Shown here: in pieces, positions 46,681 through 64,000 of the stretch | Layout: every line of letters begins with the position of its first letter | Numbering within the stretch: the first letter of the stretch is position 1 | Assembly (NCBI RefSeq): GCF_009914755.1 | Contig: NC_060925.1 | Strand: one strand, 5' to 3' | Length of the DNA stretch: 64,000 nucleotides | Source: the human T2T-CHM13v2.0 reference genome, Homo sapiens | Position numbers and translations under genes: made by a program | Notes under the pieces: model-generated | Database searches by the model: none | Told to the model about the DNA's origin: nothing | Seen by the model: only the letters and a program-made list of their open reading frames with translations

Positions 46681-47509
46681 CCATTCCCCCAGCAAAAAGC
46701 AGCCAAGAGAACATAGTTGAGGCCTTAGCAGCAAAGTGTACTTATCGATTCTTTGAAAACTGTTTGAAACCAAAAATGAGCTGATAAACATTAGCTATTA
46801 ACACTGTGCTCAGGGCCCATCCTGGAGGTGCTCAGGAGGTCTCACAATCACAGAGCTTTACATTTAAACTTGTGACTTACATTTAAACTTGTGACATGGC
46901 CAAATGAGATACTGCAAATACATCCACAAAACTGAAAGACATATAACACTTTAAATTATGGTCCACTAAGAATCGCACTTACGAAAAAATCTGGTAATTA
47001 TTTTATTATTGCTTTTATATTGTCTCATGTTGTTTCCCCAGTGAACAACTGTAAAAATCTATAAATATGTAAATCCTGTTGTCACATTTTAAATTGTGGG
47101 ATCCTCTAAGAAGTAGCCTGCAGCTCTCTCAAACTCTAAGAGGCCCTAACTGCTAAATGTGTTACAGACATTATCTATTTTATCCTCACACCTACCATGT
47201 AAGACAGGGACTAATCTTCCTACTTTAAAGATCAAGAAACTGAATCTAAGTAGTGTCTCACAATTATACAGCTTATAAATGGCATGGCCAGGACTCAAAC
47301 TCAGCCCACCCATTAGTCTACCACCATACAGTGCCTCCTATATTGCAGTGGTCTTGTTAGTCAGGACTAATGATAAAGTAATGTGATAGGTTTAAAAGCA
47401 ATCACCAAGTCAGAATTTCTACATGCCAGTCATTACTGTCTCATCTTTCAAGGAAATCACCACGGAAGACCATACTCTTATTCTGATGACATTAATGTTG
47501 CTTAGAGCT

Positions 47510-48175
47510 TTTTTGAAACTCTCATTTGCCCACTCATTACACAAATATTTATTTGTTGCCCATGAACAGGCACTTTACCAGGACCTGGAAATAAATGGTG
47601 AACAAAAACAGAAACAGTCCCTCCCCTCATGGAGCAGAGGCTAGTAGGGAGACAAAAGACCTCCAAGAAATATTAATATTAAATTGCAAATGTGCCAAGT
47701 GCTGGAAGGAGAGATATATGATCTGGAGACATTGTAATAGATGTGCTGTGGTTAATGAAAGCTTCCTTGAAAAAGTGATGCTGAAGGTGAGATCTGGAAG
47801 ATGATCAAGAGTTACAAGGAGAGGAGAGGGAACACACTGCATGTGCAAAGACCCTGTGAAGTAACGAGCAGATAAAGAAGGGGGGGGGGGGGGGGGCCAG
47901 ATCATGCATGGCTTTATAGGTCTTGTAAAAGAGTTTTGAATTTGTCCTGAAAGCCAAATGAAGACTTTAAAAGCATTTATAGACAGAGGGATAACATGAT
48001 CCATTCTGCATTTTAAGATGATCCCTCTGACTGCATTTGAAGAGGGCTGAGTAGATGCTGGGAGGTAAGTTAGGAGACAATTGCAGTGTTCCAGGCCAGT
48101 GATGATGGCAGCTGGGCTGCAAGTAGTGGTGATAATGAAGATGGAGAGAGGTGCATTGATTCAAAAATGCTAATG
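47510..48175. mobile_element. L2 remnant containing a G17 run (47880-47896)
   Basis: ACAAATATTTATTTG...AAACAGTCCCTCCCCTCATGGAG...CATTTTAAGATGATCCCTCTGACTGC L2 3' text. Confidence 0.65.
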
Positions 48176-48465
48176 GGCAAATATTTTTGTAGATTCTCAA
48201 TGGTTACGAGTGAATGTGACTTTTGGAACTAGCTTAAAGTAACTCAGAACCAAATCTATATAAATAAAAGCCATGTATGTGCTTGCATGTTTGCTCAATC
48301 TGGCTTTGATAGCTTTCTTTAGAGCTCCGAAAGTGTGTTAAGCAGTGGCATATCATTCAAATCAATGTATGGCTGACCCAACATGACTACTTGGAAATAT
48401 AGATTTCTTCCTCCCAAAACAGAAATAAAATTCAACTGTATTCTCCAGCACAGTCCCTGCTGTCA

Positions 48466-48848
<383 letters not shown>

Positions 48849-48951
48849 AAATGTAAAAGAAAAAATGCACAAAATACCCAATTCTAGGCAGAATATATTA
48901 AAATCAACCTTTCACTAGGTCTATACCAGGCCAAATAACTTACCTGCTTAA

Positions 48952-49049
48952 TACCATACCACTGGATGGTATGGTAATAAATAAAATCCGTATCACTGGA
49001 TGGTATGGTATGGTAATAAATAAAATCCATACCATTGGATGGTATGGTA
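48952..49049. repeat. Triplicated 34-39 bp unit with internal inverted repeat
   Basis: TACCATACCA-CTGGA-TGGTATGGTA-ATAAATAAAATCC, then two variant copies. Confidence 0.9.
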
Positions 49050-49196
49050 CTTCAGAGAGACTCGGTAATCTGTACTGTTTCCCCTAAAAATATAACTTAA
49101 TGGAAATTACAATTCTTCAAAACTTTTTAAACAGAAGGAATGCATATTGACTTGAATTAAATGAAAATATAGAAAATAATAATTTTCATAGATCAA

Positions 49197-49202
49197 TTTA
49201 TT
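49197..49202 (-). terminator. LIN9: Probable distal LIN9 polyadenylation signal (AATAAA); a second candidate at 49375-49380
   Basis: TTTATT on +; U-rich sequence downstream on the minus strand; implies an AU-rich 3'UTR of about 1.35 kb (~49180-50523). Confidence 0.65.
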
Positions 49203-50523
49203 TAGAATTACAAATATTAAGAATAGAAGATTTATGCATTTCTTAATTAACATAACAGTTTAGCTAAATATAAACTCTGCACTAAAGTTCTGCAGTGGCA
49301 CAATACCAACAAAGAATACGGAAGCCTTTTTAAACTATACAAAAATTTCAAATGGAAAATAATCTTGTTTCAGTTTTATTATACATTAACATATAAAAAG
49401 TCTCATTTTATGAGACATCTAAAGGAATTAAAACCACCTCTACAGCTATATCTTAAACTCCAAATTTGAAAAAAATTTATATTTTGACTTTATAATATTC
49501 TATTAAAACGAAGAAAATTCCAAATACATACTTTTTACAAGATTAACATTTTAGGCAGGGTTTTCCTAAAAAAGAAAAACAACCAAAACAAGCCTTTCTT
49601 CTGCATTTCACAGCACTGGTTATTATATTTGTTTTCCTTATAAAATCTTTTTACTTTATAAATTGTGTACTGTTGGATTTTAACCAGTAATCTGGTTTAA
49701 AAGTTGTGCAAATAAACAAAAAAATATGAAAATAGTGTGTTATCATTTTTTTTTTAATAAATCTCACAACAATGCACTTTTGACCTGAACTGATGGGAAG
49801 ACATGCCAAATCCATTTTTAGAAATTTAGCATTTTGCACCTTTTTTCCCCCTGTTCCTTCATTTTCTTTCAACAAACAACAAAGGTTTCTTTTATATGTT
49901 ATGATAAATTAAAATATTTATTATTATAAAATGATCTACAGAACCATGTCACATTGCAAGTATATATAACATATACTTGTAAAGTCCACATTTCCCATCT
50001 ATATTTCAGTGGTTTCCTTAAAACTAGGACTTCCCACACCTCATGATGTTATCTTTTGAAGACTGAGATGGTGATCAACTAAATCAAGTGGAGTTGTAAT
50101 TTTCTGGATGGAATTTCCACACTGCCACCGACATGAATAAAAAGACCAGGTTTCTTCATACTCTCCATTGCAGCAGTTGTCTGCATGTGTTGCGGTGAAT
50201 TCATGCACATTAAAAAAAATGGTCAATGTATTCTTCCACGAAATTATATTATGTTCAGATATTTCAGTTTAAAAATATTTGTGAATATAAACATATGTAA
50301 CATAAGCAATGCTACTGCATCTGAATAATAAAAGAAAAATAAATATAATGCTGGTCAGCAATGCTGGTTTAAGAAGCAGTACAGTCTATTAAAATGCCTT
50401 ATTTGGAGATTTAAATTTCCCTTGTTTTCCAGCAGTTAGGTTATTTGGTGTTGGAAGCCTATATAAAGGAAAAGAACTTCTCAAAAACAATGTCCCGTGC
50501 AGTTGGAATAATGAAATCTTTAC

Positions 50524-50629
50524 TCAGTCTCTGTTGGTGTTATTTGCTGCAAAGGCATGTAAGTTTCCCATCTGGCTCAGGCCACTCTGAATATGTGCAA
50601 CATGGATTTCTACATTATTCTGAAAGCAA
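50524..50629 (-). CDS. LIN9: LIN9 (DREAM/MuvB core subunit) last coding exon
   Basis: Acceptor TTTCTTTAG|T; (S)CFQNNVEIHVAHIQSGLSQMGNLHAFAANNTNRD*, TGA at 50526-50524. Confidence 0.96.
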
Positions 50630-51118
50630 CTAAAGAAAGAAGAAACATGGTTAACTACTTTATTTCAAAAAATTAAGAAAAAAATTTTTAAAAGAAGACC
50701 TGAATTTTAGTTAGGAAACAGCTATGATAAATCTTAGGGAAGGAATAAATCTCCTCTAATATATTAGCCATAATTCTACTTCAGTAGTAGTTGAACAAAT
50801 ATGCTCTAAAGAAGCAAAGGAGCCACGGGGGGCTGGAAGGAGAAGATGAGTCTCTCAGTGACTGGGGAAGCTCTACCTCTAAGCTCAACCTCCATGCTGA
50901 CCCCAAACCTAAATATATGTCCTGATTTCTTTATATACAAAATCCATGTGAAATTTCTATTCTGTCCATAGGCTGGATATAAGTGAAAAGCTCTTACAAA
51001 TATATTTAACGGATAATAATATATGAGTACTTCACAAATATGCATAATTCTTAAAACCTGGACTGAAAATTACTATGAACTTCACATTAAAATGATTAGA
51101 GTATACCTAACGAATTAC

Positions 51119-51216
51119 CTGATATTAGAAGCGTCTATTGTACTCTTGATATCATTTAATGAGTCTGTAAGTGATTTGAATTCAAAGGAATTCAGGTCTC
51201 CTCCTTCTGCTAGACA
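51119..51216 (-). CDS. LIN9: LIN9 penultimate coding exon (98 nt)
   Basis: CCCTTTAG|TGT...ATCAG|GTAATT; CLAEGGDLNSFEFKSLTDSLNDIKSTIDASNI; phase-compatible with neighbouring exons. Confidence 0.96.
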
Positions 51217-51366
51217 CTAAAGGGAAAAAAATTTCAAAATTTAATTGCATTATAGCTCAAATATAGTCATAAAATACCTGATATAATCAATGAATTAATT
51301 TCTTAGCAACAAATTAGCGTGGGTTGCTTTGTGTCAAATTAAGAAAATATTTTCTCTAAGATTTAC

Positions 51367-51546
51367 CTTAATTTGTAACAAAATAGCTGTAAGCCTGGAA
51401 ATTAAGTCTGTCAGATTTTCATTTTCAACGCAGGGCTGTCCTGTTGAGGAATTTGCATGCCGAACAATTTCCTGTGCTTCTTCCTCACACCTGCGTCTCA
51501 TATCTGTTGGCTGATCTGCAGGCTGGAGCCCCTGGTCTGGAGCAAG
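51367..51546 (-). CDS. LIN9: LIN9 coding exon (180 nt)
   Basis: TATTCAG|CTT...AAG|GTAAAT; LAPDQGLQPADQPTDMRRRCEEEAQEIVRHANSSTGQPCVENENLTDLISRLTAILLQIK. Confidence 0.96.
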
Positions 51547-51724
51547 CTGAATACAGATGATTGAAGCATGAGACGCATGTTCGAGAAGCCATGATTATTT
51601 CTGTATGTGTTTGTGCCCTCTTTTCAGATTTTAATTTTTATAAAACTAGCATTTAAAACTAAAGTGGTACTCTTACCTTAGAAGTTTTTTTCCTTTAACA
51701 GTTTCTGATTTTCTATTTTTTGTA

Positions 51725-55040
<3,316 letters not shown>

Positions 55041-55375
55041 GAATTGCTTAGTCATGGTGTTCTCTCTGATATGTTCTTATTTTAAAATCTATATTGTAGT
55101 TCCATAAGAGCTTTGAGAAGATTAAATCACTTTACTTCATTAGGAAAGGAGCCTATCACAAATGGCCTTGGGTACTACAAAAAGATTGATGAGCAACCCG
55201 TTTCTGCATGTACCATCAGCTTTGTTATGTGTCATCCTGGACTGCATAGTCTGCATGTCTTGTGAATAATTGCTAGTCCAGGGGAGAAAATCTATTTACT
55301 AATACAATGCATATTGTTATGTGGATGACTGACAACTATCAGGAAAATAAGCCAACTGTTTAAAAATCTGATATT

Positions 55376-59960
<4,585 letters not shown>

Positions 59961-60599
59961 TCAAAATTATCATCTGGTTATATCTCCAACTTCTAAAAAT
60001 ATTTTTTGAGCTCCCTTTTTTGAAGCTGTTCTCAAAGTCTTTATCTTTTTGAATATCTCCCAATGATGGAAAATATTTCCCTTATCTTCTTAAACATCTA
60101 AATAATAAAGGGTTAATATAGAAGAATAAATGTACAAGAATGACCAAACCAATTTTGAAAGAGAAAGACAAATGGAGGGACTTGTACTGGTAGTTATCAA
60201 ACAGTATGGTATTGACATGGGAGACAAATACACCAATGGGAGAGAATGGTGGCCAGTCTATACTGAATTCCAACACATATGTATATGTATGCCTGGCACA
60301 TATGTTTGTGTGTGTACGAATATATGTATATTGTTTGGAAATTTTGTATATAGTAAAGCTGGCCTTTCAAATCAGTGGGAAAGGATGAACTATTAATAAA
60401 TTGGAACAATTATCTATTTGAGGAAAAAAGCTCTCTGTACTCAAATCATTCACAAAATTTTAGGATGTACTGAAGGTCTAAATATTAAAAGAAACTATAA
60501 AAGTATCATGAGAAGACAGGAGAATATGTTTATGAATAAGAGGTAAAGAAGCTATTTTAAACAAGTTACAAATACCAGAAAAAGGAACAGGCTGATATA

Positions 60600-61153
60600 G
60601 AGCTGACCCTCAGACAACACAGGTTTGAATGGTGCAGGTCCACTTACATTACTTATATGCAGACTTTTTTTAAAATTAATTTTTGCAACAGCCTACCAGA
60701 TCGTATAGATGCAGACTTTTTCAAAAGTTACAGCAGTGTGCCTGCTTCTCCTGCCTTCCCTTCCATCTCCTCTACCTCTTCTGCCTCTGCCACCTGAGAC
60801 AGCAAAACCAACCCCTCCACTTCCTCCTTCTCCTCAGCCTACTCAACGTGAAGATGACAAGGATGAAAACCTTTATGATCTACTCCCGCTTAATGAATAA
60901 TGAATATGTTTTCTTTACCTTATGATTTTCTTAATAACATTTCCTTTTCTCTAGCTTACTTTATGTAAGGATACAGTATATAATGCATATAGAAGATATG
61001 TGTTCATCTACTATTTAGGTTATCAGTAAAGCTCCTGGTCAACAGTAGGCTATTAGTAGTTAAGTTTTAGGGGAGTCAAAAGGTATATGCGGATTTTTGA
61101 CTGCTGGCGGGGGTTGCACCCCTAACCCCCATGTTGTTTGAGGGTCAACTGTA
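60600..61153. mobile_element. Tigger2a/MER28-like DNA transposon
   Basis: TIRs AGCTGACCCTCAGACAAC ... GTTGTTTGAGGGTCAACTG-TA; internal CAGCCTACTCAACGTGAAGATGAC signature. Confidence 0.8.
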
Positions 61154-61438
61154 TTTGACTACATCAAAATTTAAATTTTCTGTACTATGGTAACATGCGA
61201 AACAAATAATTTTGTTAATATAAATGGCCAATTAAAATACAAAAAGATGCTTAATTCCACTAGTAGCCTTAGAAATACAAAATAAAACAATGAGATTTAT
61301 ATTTCACCTATCAGATTGCTAACAATTTAAAGATCTTCTAACACTAGGATTGAAGAGAGTGATCTATATTTACTGATACTATACAGTGAAAAGCAGAATG
61401 TTACATAGTATAAAATTTATTTAAAAATGTCTGCCCTT

Positions 61439-63890
<2,452 letters not shown>

Positions 63891-64000
63891 CCAATTAAAC
63901 ATTTTTATTGTTCCATTTCCCACCTACTTCCCCCTAATTAGCTTGATAAATATTCATCTTTTACTATTATTTTAATAGGTTAGAGATTAAAATGTCATCC

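Noticed and set aside
48952-49049. CRISPR-like or pre-miRNA reading of the hairpin repeats
   Set aside because: Linkers are identical rather than unique spacers, there are no cas genes and the context is human; individual stems are too short for a pre-miRNA
55185-55335. C/D-box snoRNA candidate in a LIN9 intron (TGATGA...CTGA)
   Set aside because: No terminal stem or recognisable rRNA guide; the boxes are far apart and expected by chance

Overview
Human (primate) genomic DNA, recognisable as the 1q42.12 ACBD3-MIXL1-LIN9 interval from the encoded proteins. From left to right: ACBD3 intron 1, coding exon 1 and CpG-island promoter (minus strand); a disabled RPL34 processed pseudogene inside an old hAT DNA-transposon relic; about 35 kb of very Alu-rich intergenic DNA with a few repeat-poor, motif-dense islands; the complete two-exon homeobox gene MIXL1 (plus strand, 232 aa); and the last four coding exons plus 3'UTR of LIN9 (minus strand), convergent with MIXL1. 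Most ORFs in the supplied track are Alu translations or GC-rich shadows. I found no CRISPR array, RNA gene or new multi-gene system. The best leads are an in-frame alternative acceptor that would split MIXL1 homeodomain helix 3, candidate Wnt/Nodal enhancers upstream of MIXL1, a three-step nested retroposition that includes a polyadenylated ERV-LTR retrocopy, and a triplicated hairpin+AATAAA module between the MIXL1 and LIN9 3' ends. Repeat family names are recognised by eye and repeat boundaries are approximate.
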